Part shown: positions 1 through 12,953 of the stretch, piece by piece
Position numbering within the stretch: the stretch's first letter is position 1
Layout of the letters: every line of letters begins with the position of its first letter
Assembly (NCBI RefSeq): GCF_001194135.2
Contig: NC_068983.1
Span: 67,836,578-67,899,123 of the forward strand
Reading direction: 5' to 3'
Length of the DNA: 62,546 nt
Origin: Octopus bimaculoides
Lineage: Eukaryota
Notes under the pieces: model-generated
The model's input: the letters and a program-made list of their open reading frames with translations, nothing else
What the model was told of the DNA's origin: nothing
Database searches by the model: none
Position numbers and translations under genes: made by a program

Positions 1-74
1 ATGAGACAAAGATCGTATGGATGTTGGCTTATGCGTGTATGTCTGTGTAACTGTAATTTTTTGTGTGTGCATGA

Positions 75-385
75 GGGTTTATGTGTGTGTATATACGAGT
101 GTGTGGGGGGTGGGGGGGCGCATGTTCGTATTTGTGCGTGTGTGTGTGCATGTGTGTTTGTGCTTGTGTATGATAGTGGGTGGGTCCTGTTTGTAGGATT
201 TGCAGACGTGTGTAAGCACAAATGAATGAAGAGGTCTTATTGTATTACACACACACGCACCCACACACATATGGTCAAATTATGAGTGAAAGCATATACA
301 TACAATACGTATACTTAAGCACATATACACGCATACAAGCATATATGTGTACAGAAACTTGCGCACGCGTAAACACGGGCATGTG

Positions 386-419
<34 letters not shown>

Positions 420-531
420 GAAATATATATATTTGTCTGGGTGTATATATATATATGTGTGTGTTTGTGTGTATACATACGTATACATGTATATGTATAT
501 ATGCATACGTACATGTGCATTTATATATTTG

Positions 532-563
<32 letters not shown>

Positions 564-632
564 NNNNNNNNNNNNNNNNNNNNNNNNNNNNNNNNNNNNN
601 NNNNNNNNNNNNNNNNNNNNNNNNNNNNNNNN

Positions 633-689
<57 letters not shown>

Positions 690-900
690 CGATATCCAAC
701 AAGCATATTGTAAGCTGCCAGGTTAGTTTATGCTAATCATAGAATGGCTGTTACTCATCCCAACTAAGAAATGAGTCATTGGCGTGCTGACGTGAAATTT
801 GATTGGCTGTTGCCTGCTTATACATACATGTACCTATACATTCCCACGTGCGAACACACACGCACACATTCACATATACGTAGCGATATATATGTGCACC

Positions 901-945
<45 letters not shown>
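75..945. repeat. Mixed (TG)n/(TA)n/(CA)n low-complexity tract with assembly gap
   Basis: Dinucleotide runs read directly; N-run 564-632. ORFs here are YI/CV/HT artefacts. Confidence 0.95.
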
Positions 946-1045
946 NNNNNNNNNNNNNNNNNNNNNNNNNNNNNNNNNNNNNNNNNNNNNNNNNNNNNNN
1001 NNNNNNNNNNNNNNNNNNNNNNNNNNNNNNNNNNNNNNNNNNNNN

Positions 1046-1086
<41 letters not shown>

Positions 1087-1155
1087 TTTTCAAAAGGATT
1101 GACGTAACTCTTCAACAGACAGTGCTGTTGAAATATCGTTCAACTAATAAAATAT

Positions 1156-2663
1156 TGATGCGGCCGCCGACGATGCAATTAGCACTATATCCCTATCTCC
1201 CGGGCTGAGTTTTGAACCCGTACTCTGGTCAGTTGGGGACAATGGTATTTCCTTTGTCTCGTCGGCAACCACAGCTATTTTTAGCGTAGCTGTCCCCTTT
1301 CCGGTCACCGAAAGTTCAGCAGGACAGGAATTGGCGGGAAGCAGTCGGCCGAAGCAGTGAGCAGAGAATTTTGGCCAGTGGAGTTCTGGCAGCCAGCAGA
1401 GGCAGTCGGGCGGTAGCAGCCAGCCGAGGCAGTTGGGAGACAGCAGTTTGCCCGTGGAGATGGGGCCAGTCGAGGAGATGAAGTGAAGATGAAGAATAAG
1501 TCTGACAGAGAAAGCTATGGTCAGCAGAAAGAAGATGGGAATAAGTCTGACAGAGAGAAAGATATGGTCAGCAGAAATGTATAGAGTCCCAGAGAGAGAG
1601 AGGGACAGAGAGAGAGAAGGACAGAGAGAAAGCTATGGTCAGCAGAAATGTATAGAGTCCCAGTGAGAGAGAGACGGAATTGTAGTGGCAGACNNNNNNN
1701 NNNNNNNNNNNNNNNNNNNNNNNNNNNNNNNNNNNNNNNNNNNNNNNNNNNNNNNNNNNNNNNNNNNNNNNNNNNNNNNNNNNNNNNNNNNNNNNNNNNN
1801 NNNNNNNNNNNNNNNNNNNNNNNNNNNNNNNNNNNNNNNNNNNNNNNNNNNNNNNNNNNNNNNNNNNNNNNNNNNNNNNNNNNNNNNNNNNNNNNNNNNN
1901 NNNNNNNNNNNNNNNNNNNNNNNNNNNNNNNNNNNNNNNNNNNNNNNNNNNNNNNNNNNNNNNNNNNNNNNNNNNNNNNNNNNNNNNNNNNNNNNNNNNN
2001 NNNNNNNNNNNNNNNNNNNNNNNNNNNNNNNNNNNNNNNNNNNNNNNNNNNNNNNNNNNNNNNNNNNNNNNNNNNNNNNNNNNNNNNNNNNNNNNNNNNN
2101 NNNNNNNNNNNNNNNNNNNNNNNNNNNNNNNNNNNNNNNNNNNNNNNNNNNNNNNNNNNNNNNNNNNNNNNNNNNNNNNNNNNNNNNNNNNNNNNNNNNN
2201 NNNNNNNNNNNNNNNNNNNNNNNNNNNNNNNNNNNNNNNNNNNNNNNNNNNNNNNNNNNNNNNNNNNNNNNNNNNNNNNNNNNNNNNNNNNNNNNNNNNN
2301 NNNNNNNNNNNNNNNNNNNNNNNNNNNNNNNNNNNNNNNNNNNNNNNNNNNNNNNNNNNNNNNNNNNNNNNNNNNNNNNNNNNNNNNNNNNNNNNNNNNN
2401 NNNNNNNNNNNNNNNNNNNNNNNNNNNNNNNNNNNNNNNNNNNNNNNNNNNNNNNNNNNNNNNNNNNNNNNNNNNNNNNNNNNNNNNNNNNNNNNNNNNN
2501 NNNNNNNNNNNNNNNNNNNNNNNNNNNNNNNNNNNNNNNNNNNNNNNNNNNNNNNNNNNNNNNNNNNNNNNNNNNNNNNNNNNNNNNNNNNNNNNNNNNN
2601 NNNNNNNNNNNNNNNNNNNNNNNNNNNNNNNNNNNNNNNCTTCGCGTGCGGGCGTTCGTAACA
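1156..2663. mobile_element. Probable solo LTR (gypsy-like), interrupted by gap 1694-2639
   Basis: Starts TG (1156) and ends TAACA (2663); ATAT on both flanks (1152-1155, 2664-2667) as a candidate 4-bp TSD; GC/purine-rich interior with short internal repeats. The gap prevents proof that both ends belong to one element. Confidence 0.45.
1493..1662 (+). repeat. Degenerate short tandem units inside the putative LTR
   Basis: AAAG(C/A)TATGGTCAGCAGAAA occurs three times; GAATAAGTCTGACAGAGA and ATGTATAGAGTCCCAG occur twice each. Confidence 0.8.
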
Positions 2664-2696
2664 ATATCTTACAATCAAATCGCGCTCTTCGTCTTG

Positions 2697-2752
2697 ACTA
2701 CTACTACTACTGCTACTACTACTACTGCTACTACTACTACTACTACTACTAC

Positions 2753-2807
<55 letters not shown>
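2697..2807. repeat. Compound (CTA)n(ATA)n microsatellite
   Basis: Read directly. Confidence 0.95.
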
Positions 2808-2811
2808 CTCT

Positions 2812-2983
2812 TCTACTATTGGTACAAGGCCTGAAATTTGGGGATAGGGGACTAATCAATTACATTGATCCCAATTCATAACTGGTACTCATTTCAAGGA
2901 TGAAAATCACAGTCGAATTTGGTTGTATTTGAACTCAGAATGTAGAGGCGGTCGCAGTGCTGCTAACACTTTGACCAGCTAAC
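2812..2983 (-). mobile_element. tRNA-headed SINE (family A), diverged
   Basis: Reverse complement resembles the family A copies at 6986-7180 and 9575-10545 (TTCTGAGTTCAAAT B-box region, AGTACCAGT core, CCTTGTACC tail). Confidence 0.7.
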
Positions 2984-2999
2984 ACTGATGTCGTTCAAC

Positions 3000-4200
3000 A
3001 GTAGCTGACCCTATATTTAGATATCTTCCATGTTACAGACATTCAAACACTCACTGAATGTTGCCATAACTGTTGGGTAGTGCTCGTCATGTTTTTCGGA
3101 GTTCCGTACTTTTTGTAAGAAGTACACGCCTCTACGACGTTTGAAGAAGACTCGGTGGAGATTGTAATTTGAGCATCTTATGCAAGATTTTCGTGTTCAA
3201 CAGAATTATGGGGTGAAATTTGTCATTAAATGATACCCATTTATTCACATCATTTCCCAGTATTTCCATCAGACATTGAGTTACACAACCGGAAACATTT
3301 CCAGTCTATTACCATTTGTGACACAATCTGTCAAAAGGGAGGAGGTAAAAAGTCAAGAAAAATATTTTTAAAGCTGCAAGAGCAGACCACTCCAGCCAGG
3401 TTATTTCCCATCACGCAAACGTTGATCATCGACTGTATCCTAGCTTCCCGAATTTAGACCCGATAACGTAACGCTCCTCTTTTGCGAAAAGATATCGTCG
3501 AGCGCCATCATTTCAGTTAATTTCTGCTTAACTATTTTTCTAGTCAGTCGCCGTAAGTTGATTTTCTTTGATAGAAGCGACACATTCAGTTTCCACTAAC
3601 TGAAACCCTGGGTATGCATAATATTCGCCTTGACTCTGCAGATTATAAACATGTGGTCTGTGTAGCCAACAAGCTGCTTTTGTGAACACATTTTCCTATC
3701 TCTATCAGCTGGCCCAGAAATGCGATCCCAACATACGATTTGATTTGTCTGAGTTCACAACGACATATTCAAGAAATCCAGTCGATATCTCTCACAGAGT
3801 CAGAGAGTTCCTAGAAAGTTTGCTAGATTGCACATCACTATCTCTCTTTCAGAAACTTCCACGCAATCACACCATGCGTCTAAAAGACCAGTTCAGTTCG
3901 CTATCATAACAAATAAGTAAGACGTTCCAAGAATGATCCAATACACCTAAAGACTCTGACAACCCTACCGTATTTGGATATAAGCAGCCGTTAATCTGAA
4001 GGCTTGCTAATGTAGGACATATATAGCATCTGGGTCCGGAACATTGTCTGTACCGCAAGACCCAGATCTTTCTAAAACAACAATGACGTCCAATTAGATC
4101 TGAGCCACTTGAAATATGACTAATTCGGGCAAGAAATTAACACCTCACGTCACTAATCCGAATATGGTTGTTAAACAAATTATCTTGCTTCCCAGCCATA
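3000..4200 (-). pseudogene. Decayed Tx1/L1-like LINE fragment (endonuclease end to RT start)
   Basis: Minus-strand remnants GYTDH and (stop)WKLNVSLL, plus a frameshifted xxFxPIILLNTK resembling NFRPITLLNT; many stops and frameshifts. Confidence 0.6.
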
Positions 4201-4283
4201 CCTTGACCGCATGCATTTATAGAACCAACTCTTAAGATGACCAGATTAGGCGGAAACAAGTGACATTATGGTCTCGAAGAACG

Positions 4284-4294
4284 GATAGATAGAC

Positions 4295-4350
<56 letters not shown>
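4284..4350. repeat. (GATA)n microsatellite
   Basis: Read directly. Confidence 0.95.
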
Positions 4351-4352
<2 letters not shown>

Positions 4353-5419
4353 AGTAGGCAGGTACGTAGGGAAGGAGGGAGGGAGGTAAGTAGATAGGTG
4401 CGTACATATAGCAGTGACAATTCACTGATGAATTACGTCTAATTTGCTGAAGTTTTCGTTAGAAGTCAAATTAGGGTGTTTTTAGGACGATCTTACTGTT
4501 TTTTCTCTTTTTCTTCTCCCCGTCCACCACCACTGTAACCCTTTGTGGTGTGTTATGTAGTCTATCAACACTGAATTATTTATATTTATAAAAAAATGAC
4601 GTTGAGGAAAACGAGGTGGTTGACTGTTTCACTATCACTATTGCTGTTTTCCTTATTGTTCTTCTTAAGGTTCTTCCTTCTGCGTAATGTTACTGCGATG
4701 GTTGTTCTTGTGTTTGTGTGCTTTCTCCACTTGCTTTTGATGTAATTGTGGATGGAATTTTCTTCTTGTTTTTTGTAATTTGTTTCAGTATCGCTTGTCG
4801 TTAAGTCTGTAGGTTTTCCAGTTGGCTTTGTTTTTGTATTTTTCGTTTACTTCTTTTTCCTGTATCAGTGGAGGTGGTTTTGGCTGTGGAAGTAGTAATA
4901 GTAGTGTATATGTTAGTGTGGACGTTGTCGTTATTGCTTCTATTGTCGATGGTGGTGCAGTTTTTGATGTTGTTAGTATTGCTTCCGCTGGATCGGGGCT
5001 CACAATGGATGTGGGGTATGTAATCTACTAAAAGCACCAAGATTCTGCTAGTAATTTCTTTGAGGTCATTGTCATCAACATTATCTTCAACACTATTGGA
5101 ATTGTTATTGTTATTAATAATGGTGGAATTGGCAGTGCTTCTTTTGGGCAACCATGATGTCGTTGCTACTGTTTTGGGAGTGAAAAGAGAAAGTCGCATT
5201 GTTTTTCCCCTCTCTTTTGCTTTACTGAAAGGTCGTCTTGGCTTCTCCACCCTCTTGTTATTGTTTGCTGTTATTTCACGATATTTGTTGCTTGAATAAA
5301 CAGAAACGTTTTGTTAAAATATAAATATTTTCTTTAAATAAGTAGTTTTCAAAGTTAGAAAAACGAAATGAAACCGCAAAACGGTCTAAATGGGCCAAAT
5401 CTACGACAATTATATTGAA

Positions 5420-5420
<1 letters not shown>

Positions 5421-5450
<30 letters not shown>

Positions 5451-5493
5451 AAGAAGAAGAAGAAGAAGAAGAAGAAGAAGAAGAAGAAGAAGA
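5421..5493. repeat. (AAG)n microsatellite
   Basis: Read directly. Confidence 0.95.
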
Positions 5494-6520
5494 GATTGGC
5501 CACACTGTTCGTCACTTCGTCCTAGTTCTTATACAACTGGAGATTTGTACCAAACCAAACCCATGTCTTTCCGTCCAACGTCCCACGACGTTATTGGGAA
5601 ACATGAATCTGCCTCTCCAGATGTCGAGCTACAGGCCCACTGAATTTCCTTGGTTAATGTTTGCTCCTAATACCGTCTCGTATTCTTTTAGAGCAGTGCC
5701 GATCAGGTTTGTGTGCCTGTTGTTCGACATTATGAAGGGTGACATTGTCCGCATATGCCTACACTGTTCTTGTACTCTCTAGTTCGTTCAGGATGCCTAA
5801 CAATGCTTCATGTTTCTGCAGAAGAAGCTCCTGAACTCCGATAAATAATCATTACCCAGAACAACCGAGCAGATGTCGCTGTACATTGCTGCAATCCACT
5901 TACGAGAAACGTAACTGAAACTAGCCACCCTATCGAAAGCTTTTCATTGGCCCAAATTGATCAAGGCCCCACCCATGTCAGCTACTTTACCCACCCTGCA
6001 TGAGATGAAGATTGTCGTCGATAGAACTGCGCATCGCCAATCAGTTCCTCGACGGCCAGCGCCAACCTCTTCATCAACACCTTGGCCAAAACTTTGATAT
6101 CTGCGTTCAGCAGCGTTATGGGCCTAAAATTTTCTATTTGATCTCCCTTGTTTGGATCCTTTCTTAGCAGTGCCACCGCTCTGAAACTCACAGAATTAGG
6201 AATTCTCCCGTTCTGTTGCCACTTGCGGTAGATAGCTGTTAAGAAGCTGACATACAAGTCTGGCATATAAAGTAAAGCTCGTAGGGCAGACCATCCTAAC
6301 CAGGCGATTTGCCCTCCATGCAGCCCATCGTCGCACCTCATATTTCCGTGGCTATTAGCAGCATTTCGCAACGATCTACTCTCTTGCTGAGAGTTGTAGC
6401 ATGCTGTTGAGGTAGGCATTGAAGTCTATCCGCTCTGTCGTTCGTCCCACATTTGAACAAAATGCCGCTGAAATAACGCATACATCTGCTCGCGCTCGGG
6501 TACTACGCGCCCATTTTGGC
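5494..6520 (-). pseudogene. Tx1/L1-like LINE reverse transcriptase fragment
   Basis: ORF 5982-6419 encodes LLRKDPNKGDQIENFRPITLLNADIKVLAKVL; downstream on the minus strand are KAFDRV and YADNVT (YADD-like) motifs; internal deletions. Confidence 0.85.
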
Positions 6521-6532
6521 CAAGAAAGAAGG

Positions 6533-6622
<90 letters not shown>
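6521..6622. repeat. (AAAG)n(AG)n microsatellite
   Basis: Read directly. Confidence 0.95.
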
Positions 6623-6625
<3 letters not shown>

Positions 6626-6985
6626 CACCTCTACTCTTACCTTTCAACAAACTTACATGAGAACATCTACCTCTTCAATGTTTCTTTTGTAAGTGGAACT
6701 TGAAGAAATCGTTGCATGCTTCACCACATCGAATAATGAAAAAAATATTGTAACAATAGCAGATAAAAGTATATTAGCATGGGAAGGCTCCCCAATAGGG
6801 TGGGGCACCAACTAGGATAAAACAAGGAATCCTCACATACAGGGATTACTCTGATTATCAAGAGAAATGCCTTCTCCCAGTTCAATTCCCAGGAGGCCTT
6901 CAGGCGCACATTGAGAAAAAGATCATTTAGTCAGGCAATACTCACCTCTATCGCCCAGTTTCCAATTATTTTACTGGAAGGCATA

Positions 6986-7180
6986 AGGCAGTGAGCTGGT
7001 CGAAATGTTTAGCGGCGTTTCGTTCGTTTTTACGTTCTGGGTTCAAATTCCGCCGAGGTCGACTTTGCCTTTCATCCTTTCAGGGTTGATAAAATAAGTA
7101 CCAATTGATCACTGGGGTTGATATAATCGACTAACTCACTACCCTGAAATGGGTATGTGGTAGAATGTGAAGCCAATTTA
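6986..7180 (+). mobile_element. tRNA-headed SINE (family A)
   Basis: AGGCAGTGAGCTGG head, GGTTCAAATTCC B-box, CCGAGGTCGACTTTGCCTTTCATCCTTT core shared with many copies in the window. Confidence 0.85.
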
Positions 7181-8330
7181 CAGGAGGACAGTACCTTTAT
7201 TTCGAGTTTCATCTTCTCCTTCAGAAGAACTTGAATAGGTCGACGAGAGCTTTCCCGAAAATAAATAGCGTTTGTTGTCAGTTCTTCCTGTTCACTGGCC
7301 AAAATAACAGCAAAACTATTATAAAGCATTTAAGTACAGTAGCGAAGACAAAACGTGTGGAGGTGTGCATAAATCAAAAATAATTGTAGCAACAAAAGAT
7401 TTTTCTTTAGAGGAAAATGAAATATGAATTACATCAGTAAATTTTGACATTAATGTCTTTTTGCTGAGACACGAATAATAATGTAATACATTTATTCATA
7501 AGATAAGCATAGCTGGGACTAAAAAATGAGAAACGAGTGAAAACTTCAAGAGAAAATATCTTCAAATTGCAGTAGCGTTTGAAACAAAAGTTAATAAAAG
7601 GACAATACTTTAAGGAATTGGATGAATGACTGGCGTTGTAAAATTATAGCCAGGGAAAATTATAGTCAATCAGATGTAAAACATGACACTGGAGTACTTT
7701 CTCCAAACAAATTATAGTAAGTTGCGTATAAGATTACTAAATTATCGTTTTGAAAAATATAGTGAAAAAGTGGCATGTTCTTAAGAGTGAAAAATTGGTT
7801 TGTTCTTAAGAATATTTGGTTCTATGTTCGAATGGAATATTCCATCATAGCCATGGGTCAATCTAAGCTTTTAAGTAAAATTGGATAGTCGGGAAAATGT
7901 ATAAAATGTATGACAGCCTATCCGATGAATTGGGACAGTTTTTTCGCTAGTAATCAAAGCTCGAGAGAACACCATCATTTGGTTCTTAGGCGACTTTAGT
8001 AGAATCAAATTTTGTAAACATTTGGACCAGATCTCCGATAATCTTTAATCCGTGGTTCCTTTCAAAGTGTCTCACACTGATCTCAAGGACCCGGAGAGAA
8101 GGTTGTTTGCACTGTTTTTTGTCGTTTGACTACGTCCTCCCTTGTATCATCGAATCGGTGATTTCCTTTGAGAAGTTGTGTATTTGTCAGGGAATACTTG
8201 TGAAATAATACAAAGGAGGTTTCTAAAAGATATCGTGTCATTGGTTAGATACAAAAACGTCATCACACTAGATCCAGAAGAAATATCGTAAAGAATCTTA
8301 TGCAGCTCCTTAACAATTCCATCTGTCTAT

Positions 8331-8480
8331 TTCCCCGGGCATCTGCTTTATTTTATCGACTCCCAGTAATGTAAGACAAAATTGATCTCAATTAGATTTG
8401 AACTCAGAGCGTACTGATTGAAACGAATACCGTTTGGTATTTTAAACGGCGCTTTTACAATTCTGTCAATTTCTCACTTG
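8331..8480 (-). mobile_element. SINE family A, diverged
   Basis: TTTTATCGAC...ATTTGAACTCAGAGCG is the reverse complement of the family A head/core. Confidence 0.65.
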
Positions 8481-9040
8481 CTCCTTTGACTATGCCACCC
8501 AAAATGTGACAAACCGTCACTGAATGAATGCCTTATATGCTGATGAGTTGATCAGTTACATCTATGTAGTAGTAACTGAATATCAAATAGTCTTCAAGTC
8601 AAATTTGATCTAAAAACAGACAAAAACTTTTTGACTTCAAAATAAAATAAAATTCGAAGATATTGCATAAAAAATTAACAAAAGCAGATTTGAAAAGAAT
8701 GGAAATTGTGTATTGATCATTTATATTTTAATAACTTAAGAAACTAAAATTGTGATCTACGAAAAAAAAAGTGAGTAATATTAGCTTTTCAAGTGCAGGA
8801 TTATAGCTATTTAGTCGTTAACTAAAATAAATTAAGTACAAGAAGTTATCGGGTTATTGTATTGATATTAGTAGCACACATTTCTAGTTAAGGTAGAAAT
8901 TAAAATAAGGGAAATAATACCATCAAACCTATTTTGCTAGAAATAACTACAAATACTAGGATGAGTTTAGAAGATCTGAAAAAGATTTAATTTAGCCAAA
9001 GCAAACTACAACATCGCGTTAATATTCTAAAGAGGGAGAC

Positions 9041-9210
9041 AAAATGCTTTGCAATGTTTGTTCTGAATTTTTACGCTGTGAGCTCAATTCTCGACGTGGT
9101 AAATTTTGCCTTTCATTTCCTTACGGGTTGTTAAAATAAAATACCAGTCAAATACCGGTGTACTGTGTCGTCTAACCATCTCCCTCTACTTCAGGTCTTG
9201 AAATAATTAT
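9041..9210 (+). mobile_element. SINE family A, diverged
   Basis: CAAAATGCTT...TTTGCCTTTCATTTCC...AAATACCAGTCAAATAC matches family A. Confidence 0.65.
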
Positions 9211-9574
9211 TGTTGCTGTTTTTTCCCTGATTATACGGTTTACAGTATTTAGATTCATTTTTTAATGTTCTAAATGCAAGTTCTTCCCAGAGGGAATTTA
9301 ATTTTTATTTTTCTCGAGTCTATAAATGTAGAGTCTATAAATCAATCACTAAAATTGAAGAAATATATTACACATCTTTCGAAGGTGTGTGGCCTTGACC
9401 CAAAATTTTTTAAAATCTTTATTTGTATTTCTGTGATACTCAGGAGCAAAGCTAAGGGGAAATAAGCTACTAAGTCAATTGTATAATTGACACGGTTACG
9501 CAAGATATAACGGCTATTAATTCCAAAAAGAGGATCAGAAATAAATTGTCAATATTATTATTATTCGGGAAGTT

Positions 9575-9748
9575 AAGGCGACGAGCTTGCAGAATCGTTA
9601 GTATGCTGGGCAAAAGGCTTAGTAACATTTCGTCTGTCCTTATGTTCTGAGTTCAAATTCTACCGAGGTCAACCTTTCCTTCCATCCTTTCGGGGTCGAT
9701 AAATTAAGTACCAGTTGAGCACTGGAGTCAATGTAATTGACTTACACT

Positions 9749-9787
<39 letters not shown>

Positions 9788-10545
9788 GAGTGAAATTGCT
9801 GGAATTGTGCCAAAATATGAAACCATTATTATTGTTATTTGTGTAGTTATGATGGCGAGCTAGCTGAATCGTTACCTGACAAAATACCTAGCAGTATTTC
9901 GTTGGGCTTTATGTCCTGAGTTCAAATTCCGCGGTGGTTAGCTTAGCCTTTCATACTTTCGGCGTCGATGAAATAAGTAGTAGCGAGGTATTGGGTCGAT
10001 GTAATCAACCAGTTCCTTCCCCCAAGATTTTAGGTCTTGTGTTTATAGTAGAAAAGTTTTTTATTATTATTATTATTATTCAAGTAAAGGCGGCGAGCTG
10101 GTTGAGTTGTTACCCGCCGGGCAAAATGCTCGGCAGCATTTATTGTCTTTTTGTGTTCTGAGTTGAAATTCCGCCAAGGTTGACTTCGCCTTTCATCCTA
10201 TCGGAGTTGATGAAATAAGTATCGGTTGAGCACTGGGTTCGATGTAATCGGCTACCTCTTCTCCCATAAAATTTCAGACCTTTTGTCTATAGTAGAAAGA
10301 GTTATTATTCGATTGGTTGAGGTGGTAAGCTGGCAATATCATTAGAAAGTCGAGCAAAATAGTTGGTGTCATTTTTTCTGACTCTTTACGCACTGAATTT
10401 AAATTCCACATAGCTTGTCTTTGTCTTTCCGCCTTTCGGGAGGATTAAATAAATTACTAGTCAAGTACAAGAGTCGATGCAATCAATTTGACCCTTTCCC
10501 TTAAAATGTACTGACTTTATGCCGACATGTGAAATCATTATTATT
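9575..10545 (+). mobile_element. Four head-to-tail SINE family A copies (about 9575-9833, 9851-10080, 10087-10309, 10319-10545)
   Basis: Each begins GG(C/T)G...GAGCT/AAGCT, has a TGAGTT(C/G)AAATT-like B-box and the TTTC(A/G)..CTTTCGG core, and ends in (ATT)n. Confidence 0.9.
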
Positions 10546-11449
10546 CGTGTAGTTTTGTTTTTATTACGTACTCTCATTGCATAAATAACAACGAGGATGT
10601 GCATTAGCTATTCAACGAGTTTTCTGGGGAGAGGGTTGTTGTTTTCCTTTTTTATATATTTTTTTTTTATTTCTTAGTTGCTCTGATTAAAAGGCCGTTA
10701 TTTTCGTGGTGGTCCATTACACTGAGATAAAAACCTGTCTATAGAATATACTCTGAAGCATTTTGTGGATTGCCCAAAGAATCCCAAGAGAAACTAATAG
10801 AAAAATAATTAACAGGAGTGCACAATTATGCAGTGTGAAAGAAAAAAAGAAACTAATTAAAATAGATAGTGGTCCTACGTCAAACACTGCAGCATGAAAA
10901 TCATTGAATGAGCATATTGCATGGTATGTGCCTCTGTGTGAGAGTGCGTGTGTGTTTCTGTAATAGAAGTGGAGGTGGATGTGGTGTGCTATTGCGTGGG
11001 TTGTGTAATCAAGGCACGATGTAGTGTTTATTAGTACGTGAAGTGTAAAGGGGTAAGAGAGTGTCATCAGAGGAACGCAACACAATTGTTAACCCTAGTG
11101 GAGTGAGCTGTGTTGAGACGGAAAATTGTTACATGCTATACAAGCGGGAGTCAGGAAAACCGTGGTGTGGAACATTAGCACACACACTTTTGATACGAAT
11201 ATATGAACCAGAAGCGATGAAGTGACTTGCAATGAACATGCAATAGATTTTATATAAAATGATCTCTTGTCACCAAAAGGTTTCTCAAACATCAACTATC
11301 CACTTAAATGATGTGTTCTCAACGCACTCTATTCTTTCATTGCTTTATCCTATCTGGTTTTCCTATTGAGAATATTTTAATAACGTATTACTAGAAAATT
11401 TTGAGTATTTGTAACTATGTTTGCTTTAAGTGTCGTCTTAAGTATAAAT

Positions 11450-12200
11450 CTGATGTTTCTAAACTATTGTGTCTTTCATTTGTGTATGTTAGCCTCCATG
11501 TCTAGGTCATTAATTTCTGTTTGTGCGTGTCTAGCCCTTGTATATTTCTTTTTTTATCCAACATACTTGTGGTTTTTTTTAGTTTTTCTTTCTTTTCATT
11601 AATTTTCATCTCATAAACGTTATCTTTCAGTGACTTTTAAGAGAAGAATTTTGACATTTTCCTTACCTAAATTCATGCCAATACTCAAACTAGATTCATT
11701 CTATGCAACAAATGCAACATTATCTCCAGCATACAACTTGATGTCATTTATATATGGTTGAGTGTTAACTTCTGTGCCCATTACCTTCAGTTTTAGCATG
11801 ATGGTTAAATATTTTTGTGTTAAGCAGAAAAGAATCCATTGGAATATTAATCTTTTACTGAGGATAAGTTTCGTTTTTATAATTCTCTCCTTTGTTAGTT
11901 TGTGCCAAATTGTTTCCCATTTATTTTGACATGTTTGAAAAATCTGCTTGTTATCTAATTCATGGCAAATGTTTCCAGAATTTACAGGTTGGAAACACTC
12001 TCAAAAGTTTTTTTGTAGTAAACCTATGTCATGCTCACATTCATCTTTCTCCGGTTACGGTTTTCAGCTGTAATAATTAATAGTTATTATCATATAAAGT
12101 TAGTTGCATCACGGCTATCCTTGTGGAAGTGGGGTTTTTCTTATGTAATTCATCGGTCGTTATTTATCTTCAGTGATATTATTGCAATTAATTCTTATTA
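11450..12200 (-). pseudogene. Highly decayed non-LTR RT remnant (RTE/CR1-like)
   Basis: Minus-strand DIKLYAGDNVAF at about 11712-11747 resembles LYADD; upstream ADFSNMSK resembles DFxKAFD. Confidence 0.4.
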
Positions 12201-12502
12201 AACTAAAAGTGTGAAGAATTTGAATTTGTAGTTTTAGGGTATCGTTCTTTCATCGGACTTTGAAAGTAACTTAATTTCATTCCGGTGACACATTCAAATA
12301 TTGTTTCTAGTTCTTTCAATCAATCATTTAATATTTTTCGTTATCTTTTGTTAATCCTGTATATTTTCTTGTAAATGTTCCATTTCTATGACTGATATTT
12401 TGTTTTTGGAATGTATTTTCTTCCATAATTTAATCTGCTGTGATTCAAACTTATATTATGATCAGGATTATATATATATATATATATATATATATTATGG
12501 GC

Positions 12503-12551
<49 letters not shown>

Positions 12552-12916
12552 ACGTACGTACGTACACCAATTGCATACATACTTTTTGTACGCATACATG
12601 TTCGTATGTGTGTGTTTGTTTGTGTTGCCCGTATATCAACAAAACACTTTTTTCCTCGATGAAAAAAAGACAACAAAAGTCTTAACAAAAACTTACTCGT
12701 CGGTAGAAAGAGACTTAACTCCTGCTTGTAAACAATTGTGATTTCTCCGACTTGAAAATAGTTAAAAGTTTTGGTTGAAAATTTATTTTTACTGCTATCC
12801 GCTGGTGCCTCTGGGAAAAATAAGTTGACGAAAATACAGCAAGGGTCATGACGAATGTCCTCCTAAAATTGGAGCGACATGCGTGCTAATTTGTGGACGT
12901 GCATAAATTACATTCA

Positions 12917-12953
<37 letters not shown>

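Noticed and set aside
4423-4460. CTGATGA followed by a small hairpin (similar isolated CTGANGA at 8537, 11065, 15008, 26785, 51188, 56119)
   Set aside because: No GAAA plus stem III plus NUH arrangement follows; some lie inside LINE or mariner coding remnants.
4500-5300. Thr/Asn-rich ORFs (4785-5003, 4801-5250) resembling mucin-like proteins
   Set aside because: Decayed (GTT/GTG/ATT)n low-complexity sequence; composition explains the translation.
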